A stretch of 64,000 nucleotides of DNA, taken from Candidatus Nanopelagicales bacterium. Lineage in GTDB: Bacteria; Actinomycetota; Actinomycetes; S36-B12; UBA5976. Position numbers and translations under genes: made by a program. The stretch is from the NCBI GenBank assembly GCA_036796575.1, contig DAIRCR010000002.1, positions 155,393 to 219,392 on the forward strand, given 5' to 3'. Below the pieces are notes generated by a model that was given only the letters and a program-made list of their open reading frames with translations, was not told where the DNA came from and searched no databases. Within the stretch, counting starts at the first letter, position 1; the number at the start of each line of letters is the position of its first letter. Of this stretch, positions 18,275-28,915 are shown piece after piece.

Positions 18275-19497
18275 TGTGATGCACCAACCAAGCTAGTTAA
18301 GTCGATGTTATTAGCTTGAAAACGTTCTAGTCTTCCTGGAAATATTCCTTGTGGCTCCAAACGTTCATTTTGAAAACGAAATACATCTCCGGTTTCGATG
18401 CTGTTGCCTTCCACGCGCCCGGTCACGGAAGTGATCTGTTGAACTCTGCGAGTACCGTCAGATCGCAAAGCCGTGTGGACCACTATGTCTACAACTGAGG
18501 CAACAGTTGGAACCACAAACTCTGCAGAGACATTGCTGCCTGCCAACATAGGCAGTAAGCACAGTTTTGAGATTGCTTCACGTGAGCCATTGGCATGAAG
18601 TGAGCACATACTTGGCATTCCGGCATTCATTGCCACCAAAAGATCTAGTGCTTCCTCTTGTCGAACCTCTCCTACAACCAATCGAGATGGACGCATCCGC
18701 AGCGCTTCTTTAATTAACCGGCGTAAGGGAATCTCGCCGGTTCCTTCAAGGCTTGCTTGGCGGGTTTGCAATGCCACCCAATCCGGACTTGTTAACTGCA
18801 ATTCGAAAACTTCTTCACAGGTAATTACTCGCTCACTAGACGGTGCACTGTTTAAAAGAGCATTCATCAAAGTGGTCTTGCCAGCTTGGGTAGCTCCAGC
18901 AACCACAACATTCAGGCCTGAAACAACACATGCCTGTAAAAATGCTGCAGCTTGATCAGTTATCGTTCCAACCGATACCAAGCCTTCTAGGGACTTAGAA
19001 CCCATGATGAATTTTCGAATGTTAACTGACCAATGCCTGCGGGTGATATCAGGAATTGCTACATGCAGCCTTGAACCATCCGGCAAAGTGGCATCCACAA
19101 ATGGATTGGAAAGATCTACCCGGCGACCCGAAGAAGCCAGCATTCGTTCTACTAAGCCACGAACTTCAACATCACTAAGAATCACACTAGTAAGTTCGCT
19201 TTTGCCATTTCGGGCAACAAAAATTCGTCCGGGCTCGTTTATCCAAATTTCTTCGACACTTGGATCATCTAGAAGTGGTTGAAGTAGGCCAAATCCAGAA
19301 ATCTGGTTTGCAATCTGTTCAATAATTATTTGTGGGGACTCATTATCAGATGCAGCACTTGTTGATTGAGCCAAAATGTCCTCAACCATGTGACGTAACT
19401 CGATAACTTCTTCATGCGGGCTGATCCCCCCAGTCCGAACCCGCGTCCGAACTTCTTGAATCACTTCACCTACTGCACCTGACATGAGCTCCCCCAT
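18265..19497 (-). CDS. cpaF: TadA/CpaF pilus assembly ATPase
   Basis: GATQAGKTT, TCEEVFEL, LRMRPSRLVVGEVR, SLHAN. Confidence 0.92.
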   Translation of the reverse strand: MGELMSGAVGEVIQEVRTRVRTGGISPHEEVIELRHMVEDILAQSTSAASDNESPQIIIEQIANQISGFGLLQPLLDDPSVEEIWINEPGRIFVARNGKSELTSVILSDVEVRGLVERMLASSGRRVDLSNPFVDATLPDGSRLHVAIPDITRRHWSVNIRKFIMGSKSLEGLVSVGTITDQAAAFLQACVVSGLNVVVAGATQAGKTTLMNALLNSAPSSERVITCEEVFELQLTSPDWVALQTRQASLEGTGEIPLRRLIKEALRMRPSRLVVGEVRQEEALDLLVAMNAGMPSMCSLHANGSREAISKLCLLPMLAGSNVSAEFVVPTVASVVDIVVHTALRSDGTRRVQQITSVTGRVEGNSIETGDVFRFQNERLEPQGIFPGRLERFQANNIDLTSLVGASQWV

Positions 19498-19600
19498 TGC
19501 TATGACTTGGTGTAAATCAAGTCGTTGCCTTTACTCGGGCCAAGCCGAGTCATTGAAGAGTATGCCGATTCAGATGAAGCTGAAATACAAAATTGGATTC

Positions 19601-19669
19601 TGTGGATAACGCAAGAATGCGCATGACTTTAAACGAAAACTGCGACAAAACCGAAGGAGATTATCCACA
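19601..19669. promoter_or_regulatory. Two consensus DnaA boxes in inverted orientation
   Basis: TGTGGATAA at 19601-19609 and TTATCCACA at 19661-19669, in the dedA-cpaF intergenic region. Confidence 0.65.
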
Positions 19670-19706
19670 AATGTTTTTTTGGTATTGCGATCTATCAAAT
19701 AGCTAG

Positions 19707-20345
19707 CTATACAACCTTGCGGTTATGCATCCAGTTGCGAATACCAGCAACAATGGACCCAATAATGAAGAATGCAGCGATTGCATACGAACCGGTTTTA
19801 ACGGCAGGGATAGTTGCTGCGTAGTAACCAGCGAGCGTAAGACCGATACCCCAAGCAATAGCACCCACAAAATTAGCGCTGAGGAATTTGTAGTAATTCA
19901 TGCGCGAGATACCAGCAATTGCTGGGATTAGTACCCGAGCCCAAGGCATGAATCGGGCTACGACAACTGCCCACCAGCCAAGTTGTTCATAAAACTTTTC
20001 AGACTTAATGATCGCTGCTCTAAGTTTTGGTCCCTGATGTTTATCCAAATATGGGCGCCCAAAGTGACGACCTAGAACAAACCCAGTTTGGTCACCAACA
20101 AAAGCTGCCAGACCAATTCCAATTGTTAAGACCCAGATGTTTATGGAGTCACTCGTTGCAGCAAGTACTCCAGATGCAAATATCAATGAGTCACCAGTAA
20201 TAAACGGTATGAATGCACCGATCAATAGTCCGGTGCCAGCAAATACCAGTCCCCAGACAATTAAGTAGAACAGGATCGCACCATAACTATCAAGCCATTC
20301 TGTCACCTGCGACGTCAAAGCGGCAGACAGAAGAACGGTTTCCAT
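19707..20345 (-). CDS. dedA: DedA family membrane protein
   Basis: TGDSLIF, GDQTGFVLG, ARFMPWAR. Confidence 0.9.
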   Translation of the reverse strand: METVLLSAALTSQVTEWLDSYGAILFYLIVWGLVFAGTGLLIGAFIPFITGDSLIFASGVLAATSDSINIWVLTIGIGLAAFVGDQTGFVLGRHFGRPYLDKHQGPKLRAAIIKSEKFYEQLGWWAVVVARFMPWARVLIPAIAGISRMNYYKFLSANFVGAIAWGIGLTLAGYYAATIPAVKTGSYAIAAFFIIGSIVAGIRNWMHNRKVV

Positions 20346-20396
20346 GCTTAAACCTTACTTTGGCTATTTATTGCGCACGAACGCAGGAAGAGTGAT

Positions 20397-23300
20397 TTAA
20401 CTCGCACCTTGTCCAGCGAGAGTGCGAATTGCCCGCAATGCTACTGAAAGCGTTGCTAAGTCATTTTGCTCACTGTGAGCAATCTCATTAAGCGTTGCCC
20501 TGGTGCGAGCAACACCTTCGGCAAACTTGGCTTCCCACTGACTGATTCGGGAATCTATTGAATCTGATTCTTTAGTTGCCTGCACCACTCGAGATGTTAA
20601 AGCCGCCAATGCTACGTAAAGATCGCTGCGAAGGGCGGAGCGAGCATAAGCAGTCCAGCGATCATCACGCGCCAAAGCTGAGATGTGGAACAACATCCGA
20701 TCTATGTCGTATCGCTCGCTTAATGCAAAGTAAAGTTCGGCCACAACTTCTGGACTGGACTTTTCCCGATTCGCAATTTCAATTACATCAAGGAGTGAGA
20801 ACTCGTCCAGGAAACTTCCAGTGCGAATTGCCAAGTCTGTTGGAACGCCCTGTGCCTGATACTTCTTCGCAATGCCCTCTGCTCGTTCGCGCTCAATGCC
20901 ACGTAAGAGGCCAGGAATTGAATTTGTTAACTTCGAAACGATTGGTGCAAACTTGGCAATTTCTTCTTCCACATTTAGGCGACCACCACGTGATTGCAAG
21001 AACCAGCGGGTTGCGCGATCTAGTAACCGTCGGGACTCTAGGAATAACTCAGTTTGGCAATCCGTTGAAACTTTTCCATCTAGGTTTTCTAGCGCAGTCC
21101 AAAGTTCATTTAGCCCAAAAACGTCTCGAGAAACTACAAATGCTCGCAAGATTTCAGAAGTTCCCGCGCCACTTTCTTCGGCTGCGCGCCAAGCATATGT
21201 AATTCCACCACGATTGACCATGTCATTAATCATCACGGTTGAAATGATTTCCTTGCGCAATGGATGTGAGGCCATCAGGTCTGCGTACTTAATGCGCAAG
21301 TCGGACGGGAAGTACTTGTTTAGAATTTCTTGGCACCAAGGCTCGTTGACAATTTCATCACTGGCGCGATCACGAGTGAGATCAATCTTTACATAAGCCA
21401 TAAGTACTGAAAGCTCAGGTGAAGTTAATCCTTGGCCTTGTGCATGCAATGCGTCTAAGTGAGAATCTGTGGGCAAGTATTCGATTGCTCGGTTTAAATG
21501 ACCATTTGATTCCAGGGACTGCATCAATCGCTTGTGAACTCGAAGCATCACAGGTGCCTGGAACCTGGCTTGTTCCAAAATTAGATTCTGTTCGTAATTG
21601 TCACGCAGAACTAAATCGCCAACCTCGTCAGTCATCACTGCTAGTTGCTTATTGCGATCTTCAACGCTTAAACTTCCAGCAGAAACAGCCTGGTCGAGCA
21701 AAATCTTGATGTTTACTTCATGGTCAGAAGTATCAACACCAGCAGAGTTATCAATCGCATCAGTGTTTAGCTTTACGCCGGCAAGAGCAGCTTCAATTCG
21801 ACCAAGTTGAGTAGCACCTAAGTTGCCGCCTTCACCAACTACTCGAGCTCTGATGTCGCTTCCGTTAATTCGGATTGCATCATTTGCCTTGTCGCCAACT
21901 TGAGCGTGGGTTTCAGACGAAGCCTTGATGTAGGTACCAATTCCACCGTTCCACAGCAGGTCTACCGGAGCCAAAAGAATCATCGTAAGAAGTTCATTAG
22001 GTGTAACGCTGGTAACTTCAGGATCGATGCCAAGAGCGGACTTCGCCTCAGCAGTTAAATCAATTGACTTGACGCTGCGAGGGTATATGCCACCACCCTT
22101 GCTGATTAGCTTTACGTTGTAATCCTCCCAAGATGATCTCGGTAGGTTAAACATTCGCTGGCGCTCGACAAAAGACTTTGCTGCTTCTGGATTGGGATCA
22201 ATAAAGATATGGCGATGATCGAAAGCTGCAATCAACCTAATGTGCTCGGATAGCAGCATGCCGTTTCCAAACACGTCACCACTCATGTCACCAACACCAA
22301 CTGCGGTGAAGTCCTGAGTCTGGGTATTGACGCCAAGCTCAAGGAAGTGACGCTTAACAGATTCCCAAGCACCCTTGGCGGTGATGCCCATAGCTTTATG
22401 GTCGTATCCAACTGATCCACCGGAAGCAAACGCATCGCCCATCCAGAAACCGCGATCCACTGAGATCTGATTTGCGATGTCAGAAAAAGTCGCAGTGCCT
22501 TTGTCGGCAGCAACTACTAAGTAAGGGTCATCAACGTCATGGCGAACCACGCGCTGTGGCGGCACGACCTTTGAATTAACTAAGTTGTCTGTGACATCGA
22601 GCAATGCGCCAATAAACATTTGATAGCAAGCAATACCTTCGGCTAACCAAGCATCGCGATCACTTGGTTCAGGCCCACGCTTTAGAACGAATCCACCCTT
22701 AGCTCCACTTGGCACAATCACCGTGTTCTTTACCATTTGAGCTTTTACTAAGCCAAGGATTTCAGTGCGGAAATCTTCCTGACGATCCGACCAGCGAAGT
22801 CCACCACGAGCAACAGAGGCAAATCGCAAGTGCACGCCTTCAACCCGAGGTGAGAACACCCAGATTTCAAATTTAGGAAGTGGTAATGGCAAGTCGGGAA
22901 CCATACTTGGATCTAACTTGAATGCCATAACCTGCGGATACTCACCAGCTGCATCCAACTGGTAAACATTTGTGCGCAAAGTCGCTGAAACTAATGAGAT
23001 ACTCGCTCGCATAATTCGGTCATGATCCAAACTGGCAACTGCGTCAAGCGCATCATCGATCTTGCTCACTAATTGCTTTTGCTTGGCGTCCCGATCTTGA
23101 TCAAGTTCAGGATCAAATCGCACGGCAAACAATTGAACGAGTAACTGAACAATGTTTATGTTCGATAGCAAAACTTGCTGCAAATAGCCTTGGCTAAATG
23201 GCGTGCCAGCTTGGCGCAGGTAAGCCGCGTAAGCGCGAATGATTCCAACGTTGCGCGCTGAAAGACCGGCTTGAATCACTAAGGCATTAAACGGATCGCT

Positions 23301-25229
23301 ATCAACTTCACCATGCCAAGTAGCCATGAACGTATTGCAGAATCTTTCCGATAAAGAATCTAGTTCAGGGGCCTTCGAGTCATCAAAGCGCAGACCAAAG
23401 TCGTAAACCCAAGCAACTGGCTGGCCTTTTCGGCGAAGGTCGTAAGCACGTTCATCAATTACCTCAACACCAAGATCGTGCAGCATCGGAAGTACTGCCG
23501 AAAGCGTTATCGCACTATCTACTCGATAAATTGTGAAGCGCCTGGTGCCATCGTCTGGGGATTCCGGCGTATACATCGAAACCTTGATTGCTCCAGGTTC
23601 TTGGGACTCAAGGGATTCAATGATCTTTAAGTGTGAAACTGCATTATCTGCTGGTACGTCTTCTTTGAAGGACTCTGGAAACGAATCAATCCAGGTACGA
23701 AGCAGTCTTGCAGAATCTTCTTCCCCAACTTGCTCGACTAAAGTTTCGGCGAAATCGTCTTCCCAGAATCGGGTGGCATCAGCAAGATCAACTTCGAGTT
23801 GCTCTAAGTCAATTTCAGGAATGTCTTTGCCAAGTGGCTTTCGAATCACAAAATGGAGGCGAGCCAAGACGGATTCCGAAACTCGGGCGGTGTGATCGAT
23901 TGATGATGCACCGTAAGCAGCCAGCAAAATTGCTTCCATGCGAAGCCGAACTTCGGTGGTGTAGCGATCACGCGGGAAGTAAACCAAGGCAGAAACGTAG
24001 CGGCCAAAAACTTCGGTCCGAGTAAACACTCGCACTTGGCGACGCTCTTGAAGTTGCAGAACTCGACGGGCTACATCTTCCAATTCTTCTGGTGAGATTT
24101 GGAACATTTCGTCACGAGGGTAGGTCTCTAAGAACTGCATTAAGTCTTTACCGCTGTGGGAATCGCGGCCTAAAGCCATCGATGCAGTCACATCTGCAAC
24201 CTTGCTGGAAAGAACTGGGATGTTATTCACTGACTGGTTGTAAGCAGCTGATGAGAACAAGCCAAGGAATCTGTGCTCCCCGATTTGTTTGCCCGAGGCA
24301 TCAACCTGACGAATGCCTACGTAATCCAAATAAACCGGACGATGAACAGTTGAGCGCATCTTGGCTTTTGTAACAATCATCAGCGATGACATCGAGGAGT
24401 GATCTTGATCGTCTTCACTTAGGTAGCTGCCACTTGTTGCATCCCGCAGCGTGCCAAGACCTGCCCCACTCACACTTGCCAAAGCGTTTTTAGTAAGTGC
24501 GTACTTGGAATAGCCAACAAATGTGAAGTGATTATCAGTTAGCCAACTCAGGAATTCAATTGCTTCTCGACGTTCACGTTCACTAACTCCAGCTGTAGCT
24601 TCAATTTCGGAGATTACTTCATCTAGCTTGGCTTGCATTGCTGGCCAGTCTTCAACTGTTGCTCGCACATCAGAAAGAACTTGATGAATTCTGGATTCAA
24701 TTGTTGCTAAGTCTGCCGAATCAGATTCGCGATCAATTTCTACGCTGATCCAAGATTCTTGTATTGCTCCATCTGGTGCAACTTCGCCTGGCAAAACATC
24801 GCGATCTAGAATTTCAATTAGTTCACCTTGCGCATCGCGCTTAACCCAAAAACGTGGATGGATTACAACTCGAATTGAACGTCCTTGCTGAGAAATTTCA
24901 GCAGAAACAGAATCAACCAAGAACGGCATGTCATCAGTTACAACCTGAACAACACTGTGGAGTGACTGCCAGCCTTGCGCATCCAAACTTGGCGAAACGG
25001 CCTGAACTTTTGAGATACCTGGGGTTCTACTTTTTCCTAAGGCAACATGGGACTTTATTAGACCTTCAAGATCTCGAACTTCAATACCTACAAGGTCTTC
25101 AGGAGCTACCAAATCAAAATAGCGAGAGACTACAGAAGTTAAATCTTTGGAAATGGACTTTTCTACCCGTGAGATTAACTCGTCACGCGCCTCTTCTAAA
25201 CGGCGCGAACCACGCGAGGTTACCGACAC
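20397..25229 (-). CDS. gdh: Large NAD-specific glutamate dehydrogenase
   Basis: About 1610 aa; ARGGLRWSDR, GLVKAQMVKN, VAADKGTATFSD, NTDAIDNSAGVDTSDHEVNIK; GTG start behind AGGAGG. Confidence 0.95.
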   Translation of the reverse strand: MSVTSRGSRRLEEARDELISRVEKSISKDLTSVVSRYFDLVAPEDLVGIEVRDLEGLIKSHVALGKSRTPGISKVQAVSPSLDAQGWQSLHSVVQVVTDDMPFLVDSVSAEISQQGRSIRVVIHPRFWVKRDAQGELIEILDRDVLPGEVAPDGAIQESWISVEIDRESDSADLATIESRIHQVLSDVRATVEDWPAMQAKLDEVISEIEATAGVSERERREAIEFLSWLTDNHFTFVGYSKYALTKNALASVSGAGLGTLRDATSGSYLSEDDQDHSSMSSLMIVTKAKMRSTVHRPVYLDYVGIRQVDASGKQIGEHRFLGLFSSAAYNQSVNNIPVLSSKVADVTASMALGRDSHSGKDLMQFLETYPRDEMFQISPEELEDVARRVLQLQERRQVRVFTRTEVFGRYVSALVYFPRDRYTTEVRLRMEAILLAAYGASSIDHTARVSESVLARLHFVIRKPLGKDIPEIDLEQLEVDLADATRFWEDDFAETLVEQVGEEDSARLLRTWIDSFPESFKEDVPADNAVSHLKIIESLESQEPGAIKVSMYTPESPDDGTRRFTIYRVDSAITLSAVLPMLHDLGVEVIDERAYDLRRKGQPVAWVYDFGLRFDDSKAPELDSLSERFCNTFMATWHGEVDSDPFNALVIQAGLSARNVGIIRAYAAYLRQAGTPFSQGYLQQVLLSNINIVQLLVQLFAVRFDPELDQDRDAKQKQLVSKIDDALDAVASLDHDRIMRASISLVSATLRTNVYQLDAAGEYPQVMAFKLDPSMVPDLPLPLPKFEIWVFSPRVEGVHLRFASVARGGLRWSDRQEDFRTEILGLVKAQMVKNTVIVPSGAKGGFVLKRGPEPSDRDAWLAEGIACYQMFIGALLDVTDNLVNSKVVPPQRVVRHDVDDPYLVVAADKGTATFSDIANQISVDRGFWMGDAFASGGSVGYDHKAMGITAKGAWESVKRHFLELGVNTQTQDFTAVGVGDMSGDVFGNGMLLSEHIRLIAAFDHRHIFIDPNPEAAKSFVERQRMFNLPRSSWEDYNVKLISKGGGIYPRSVKSIDLTAEAKSALGIDPEVTSVTPNELLTMILLAPVDLLWNGGIGTYIKASSETHAQVGDKANDAIRINGSDIRARVVGEGGNLGATQLGRIEAALAGVKLNTDAIDNSAGVDTSDHEVNIKILLDQAVSAGSLSVEDRNKQLAVMTDEVGDLVLRDNYEQNLILEQARFQAPVMLRVHKRLMQSLESNGHLNRAIEYLPTDSHLDALHAQGQGLTSPELSVLMAYVKIDLTRDRASDEIVNEPWCQEILNKYFPSDLRIKYADLMASHPLRKEIISTVMINDMVNRGGITYAWRAAEESGAGTSEILRAFVVSRDVFGLNELWTALENLDGKVSTDCQTELFLESRRLLDRATRWFLQSRGGRLNVEEEIAKFAPIVSKLTNSIPGLLRGIERERAEGIAKKYQAQGVPTDLAIRTGSFLDEFSLLDVIEIANREKSSPEVVAELYFALSERYDIDRMLFHISALARDDRWTAYARSALRSDLYVALAALTSRVVQATKESDSIDSRISQWEAKFAEGVARTRATLNEIAHSEQNDLATLSVALRAIRTLAGQGAS

Positions 25230-25310
25230 TTTAAAAAGCCTCCTGGGGTCACACTCGGCGCGTGAACACCTCATAACCCTACCAATTCAAGGGCTGCTCT
25301 AGATTGGGGT

Positions 25311-26528
25311 GTGAGCATTTCTTGGCTTCAAAGCCCCGATGGACAGGCAGTAATGCGCTCTGCCAAGGGCTACTCCGATCCCCTGCTTGCAATTCCAGCC
25401 CTGCGAAAGCAGTTTCCTGATTTTGCACCAGAACTGATTTCCTTAGCCTTCAGCCAAGCCCAGATGCAGCATCGGTTAGAAGCGCGCTGGGGGCAATCTG
25501 CTGCCGAGTTATTGCTGACCGAGGATGGAATCAGTCAAGCTACTAGACCTGTAGTTGCTCAGTACCGCGCCGAATTCATCGCAAATAAATTTGGTGCTAA
25601 TGCCCACGTCTTGGATCTGTCTTGTGGCTTGGGTTTTGATGCTCGAGAGTTTGCTCGTGCCGGATTGCAAGTTACTGGTGTTGAGATTGATTCAGAAATA
25701 GCAGAGTATGCCCGGCATAATCTCAAGGAGTTTGGCGTTACCGTTCATTGCGCTGATGCAAACGCGTTTGTAATTCCAAGTGACGTGGATGTTGTCTTCG
25801 TTGATCCCGCTCGTCGTGATCTAAGTGCTGCAAAAGATGCAATGGGAAACACCAAGCGAATTTTTGATCCCTCACAATGGTCTCCCAGCTGGGAAAAGAT
25901 TAATGAGATTGCAACTGCTCACCCAGTGATCGCCAAAGTCGCGCCTGGAATAGACAAAGCTGAGCTCTCTAATTGGGATGCGCGTTGGATCAGTTCTGAT
26001 GGTGACTTGGTTGAATGTTTTCTAAGTAGCGCCGGGTCTGGCATTCGGGCTGCAGTTTTGATTGATTCTGTAAGTGATTCAAATGTCGAAATTTTGGGAG
26101 ACGAGACAACTAAGACCCAGGCACTGGGTAGCTTCTTGGTCGTTCCAGATCCAGCATTGATTCGTGCCAGTGCACTAGATGCAGTCGCCTTGCTATGTAA
26201 CGGTGGCTTAGTAAATGAACACATAGCTTGGTTAACCTCAGATGACTCCAGTGCAGTTTCCAATCTGGCTAACCAGTCACCGAGTCTTGCTAGTGTTTTG
26301 AAAATCGAATCACATTTCAAGTTTTCTGAAAAGCAACTAGTTGTAAATCTCAAAGATGTTTCAGCCTCTGGTGTCACTGTAATGACCCGAGGTATGCAAC
26401 TAGATGTAGAAGCGATTAGAAAACTGGCAGTGAAAGCAACTACAACTGGTGGCCAAGAATTGATTATTGCGATCTATCGAGATGACGCAGGGCCACAAGC
26501 GTTTGTCTGTCGGCGCTATCTAAGTTGA
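25311..26528 (+). CDS. Class I SAM-dependent methyltransferase with THUMP-like C-terminus
   Basis: QATRPVVAQYRA, DLSCGLGFD, FVDPARR, KVAPG. Confidence 0.82.
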   Translation: MSISWLQSPDGQAVMRSAKGYSDPLLAIPALRKQFPDFAPELISLAFSQAQMQHRLEARWGQSAAELLLTEDGISQATRPVVAQYRAEFIANKFGANAHVLDLSCGLGFDAREFARAGLQVTGVEIDSEIAEYARHNLKEFGVTVHCADANAFVIPSDVDVVFVDPARRDLSAAKDAMGNTKRIFDPSQWSPSWEKINEIATAHPVIAKVAPGIDKAELSNWDARWISSDGDLVECFLSSAGSGIRAAVLIDSVSDSNVEILGDETTKTQALGSFLVVPDPALIRASALDAVALLCNGGLVNEHIAWLTSDDSSAVSNLANQSPSLASVLKIESHFKFSEKQLVVNLKDVSASGVTVMTRGMQLDVEAIRKLAVKATTTGGQELIIAIYRDDAGPQAFVCRRYLS

Positions 26529-27427
26529 GCTAAGTCGTTATCCAACTGAGTAATTGCATCTGGACCAAGTCCGCAGCACCCACCGATTAAAGTTGCTCCT
26601 GCAGAAACCCATTCAGTAACAATCTTTGATGGCAGCGTGGTGTGTCCTTCGCCAATCCAGCACATATTTTCGCCATCCCAAACCCGACCGGCATTGGGAT
26701 ACACAACTAATGGCAGTGAGGTTTTCGCAGAAAGTTTGTAAAGCAGTGAAGTTATATGCTCGGGCATGGTGCAGTTAACGCCAATAGCAACGATTGATTG
26801 ACAGTCCTTAACAATTTCAGCAAGATGACCAATCCCTTGACCAGCACAAGTTGAGGCACCATCTTGAGCGCTCATTGTGATCCAAGCTGGAATGTGTGGG
26901 TAGTCGGCTAGGACTTCAACTAAGGCCCGAACTTCATCTAAATCTGGAACGGTTTCACATGCAAAAACATCTGGATTTGCACTGGCTAGCACTTCGATCC
27001 GTTCCCGATGAAACTTAACTAAGTCTTCGTGAGCAACGCCGTAGTTGCCCACGTATTCTTGGCCACCACCTAGCACTGCTCCATATGGTCCAACACTGGC
27101 AGCTACCCATACTTTTTCTGGCGCCGTTGCCGCAACTTCTTTAGCGAGTGTTATGGAAAGCCGCATTAAGTCATCGGCTTGAGCTTCAGTCATGCCGGTT
27201 GCAACAAAACCAGTTCGGCTTGCTTGATAGGAAGCAGTAATAATTACTCGCCCACCAGCATCAACATAATCTTGGTGAACTTGCGCGATGGCTTCTGGGG
27301 CATCTCGCAGTAATCGGGCTGACCAAAGCTTGTCAGCTAAGTTATGTCCACGCTTTTCAAGTTCGCCAGATAGCCCGCCATCAATTGGCCACGGACCCTT
27401 CGCTAACCAACTTGCAAAACTAGTCAC
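26516..27427 (-). CDS. mmuM: Homocysteine S-methyltransferase
   Basis: DGGLSGELE, LWSARLL, TASYQ, GPYGA, GVNC, YPNAG, GGCC zinc motif. Confidence 0.92.
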   Translation of the reverse strand: MTSFASWLAKGPWPIDGGLSGELEKRGHNLADKLWSARLLRDAPEAIAQVHQDYVDAGGRVIITASYQASRTGFVATGMTEAQADDLMRLSITLAKEVAATAPEKVWVAASVGPYGAVLGGGQEYVGNYGVAHEDLVKFHRERIEVLASANPDVFACETVPDLDEVRALVEVLADYPHIPAWITMSAQDGASTCAGQGIGHLAEIVKDCQSIVAIGVNCTMPEHITSLLYKLSAKTSLPLVVYPNAGRVWDGENMCWIGEGHTTLPSKIVTEWVSAGATLIGGCCGLGPDAITQLDNDLAQLR

Positions 27428-28470
27428 TATGCCACCACGTTTGTTATGTTCATCGAAGAATCTGTTGCGAAACTCAATTGTGAAGCATCGCGGCCTCGTT
27501 TGACTAATTCCGAGCCGAGGGCTGCAACCATTGCCCCGTTGTCAGTACAAAGTCCTGGTCGAGGAATTCGCAGAGCGATGTTGTGTTCGTGGCATCGCTG
27601 TGCTGCTTCCGTGCGCAACCTGCTATTTGCAGCCACGCCACCGCCAATCACCAAAGTTCCAACATCATTACTTAGGCAGGCATCAATTGCCTTACGAAGT
27701 AACACATCAACTATTGCTTCTTGAAATGAAGCGGCAACATCATTAACCATGATTGCGTTGCCAGCCCGTTGCTCAGTTTCAATCCAACGAGCTACGGCAG
27801 TCTTAAGTCCAGAGAACGAAACATCAAACCTATGCTTAGCCATATCTTTAGGTGTCGTTAGTCCACGCGGAAACTCAATGGCATTTGGATTTCCAGTCTG
27901 GGCCGCTTGATCGATGTATGGTCCGCCTGGGAATGGAAAACCTAAAACTCGAGCAATCTTGTCGAATGCTTCACCTGCAGCATCATCAATTGTTTGACCG
28001 AGTTGAATTACGTCTTGAGTAATGTCAGGCACCAACAACAATGACGAATGACCGCCCGAAACCAGCATTGCAATACTTGGTTCATCCAATGGTCCATGTT
28101 CAAGTTGGTCAACGCACACGTGGGCAGCTAAATGATTAACGCCATAAATTGGCTTGCCCAAAGCAACTGCCAAAGACTTTGCGGCAGCAACGCCAACAAG
28201 TAGAGCTCCGGCTAAGCCTGGACCGGATGTAACTGCAATTGCATCAACGTCTGCAAGTTTGATGTTTGCCGTTTTACAGGCGCGTTCAATCGTCGGCACC
28301 ATTGCTTCTAGGTGCGCGCGACTTGCAATTTCCGGCACTACCCCACCGAATCGAGCATGTTCATCAACGCTCGATGCAACTTCATCGGCTAATAAAGTCG
28401 TGCCGCGGACAATTCCAATACCAGTTTCATCACAAGAAGTTTCAATTCCTAAAATCAATGGCTCAGACAT
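27427..28470 (-). CDS. tsaD: t6A tRNA N6-threonylcarbamoyltransferase
   Basis: [38 protein letters not shown]. Confidence 0.96.
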   Translation of the reverse strand: MSEPLILGIETSCDETGIGIVRGTTLLADEVASSVDEHARFGGVVPEIASRAHLEAMVPTIERACKTANIKLADVDAIAVTSGPGLAGALLVGVAAAKSLAVALGKPIYGVNHLAAHVCVDQLEHGPLDEPSIAMLVSGGHSSLLLVPDITQDVIQLGQTIDDAAGEAFDKIARVLGFPFPGGPYIDQAAQTGNPNAIEFPRGLTTPKDMAKHRFDVSFSGLKTAVARWIETEQRAGNAIMVNDVAASFQEAIVDVLLRKAIDACLSNDVGTLVIGGGVAANSRLRTEAAQRCHEHNIALRIPRPGLCTDNGAMVAALGSELVKRGRDASQLSFATDSSMNITNVVA

Positions 28471-28915
28471 TAGCGACTCGCTTTCGCATAATGTTTGCGT
28501 CAATTGTGTTTCCGTAATAATTGCGCCGGATGTCGATTCGTTCATAGCCTCGAGATGCATACATCTTCATAGCCGTCTCATTGTCACTGCGAACTTCAAG
28601 AAAGATTTCTCGAACATTTCGCAGGGCTGCTTGAGATTCAAGCCAATCCATCAATGAAGTTCCGATTCCTTTTCCCTGCTGATCTCTAGAAACTGCAACC
28701 GTGTTTACGTCACCTTGTTTACCTACATATCTAAATGAGGCATAACCAACAATTTGTGAATCCAGAACTGCCACTGAAACATCACGGGAGATTGAAACTT
28801 CAGCAAGTTCGCCAAGGAATAGTTCTTCACTCCAGGTATCAATCGGAAACAAGTCGATTTCGATAGCAAGCACTTGATCCAAGTCAGCATGAGTCATGGG
28901 GCGAATTTCCAACAT
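28463..28915 (-). CDS. rimI: Ribosomal-protein alanine N-acetyltransferase
   Basis: GNAT fold motifs, LEVRSDN, RRNYY; lies between tsaB and tsaD. Confidence 0.9.
   Translation of the reverse strand: MLEIRPMTHADLDQVLAIEIDLFPIDTWSEELFLGELAEVSISRDVSVAVLDSQIVGYASFRYVGKQGDVNTVAVSRDQQGKGIGTSLMDWLESQAALRNVREIFLEVRSDNETAMKMYASRGYERIDIRRNYYGNTIDANIMRKRVANV

Noticed and set aside
19601-19669. DnaA boxes as oriC
   Set aside because: No dnaA/dnaN nearby, only two perfect boxes, and gene orientation does not switch across the site
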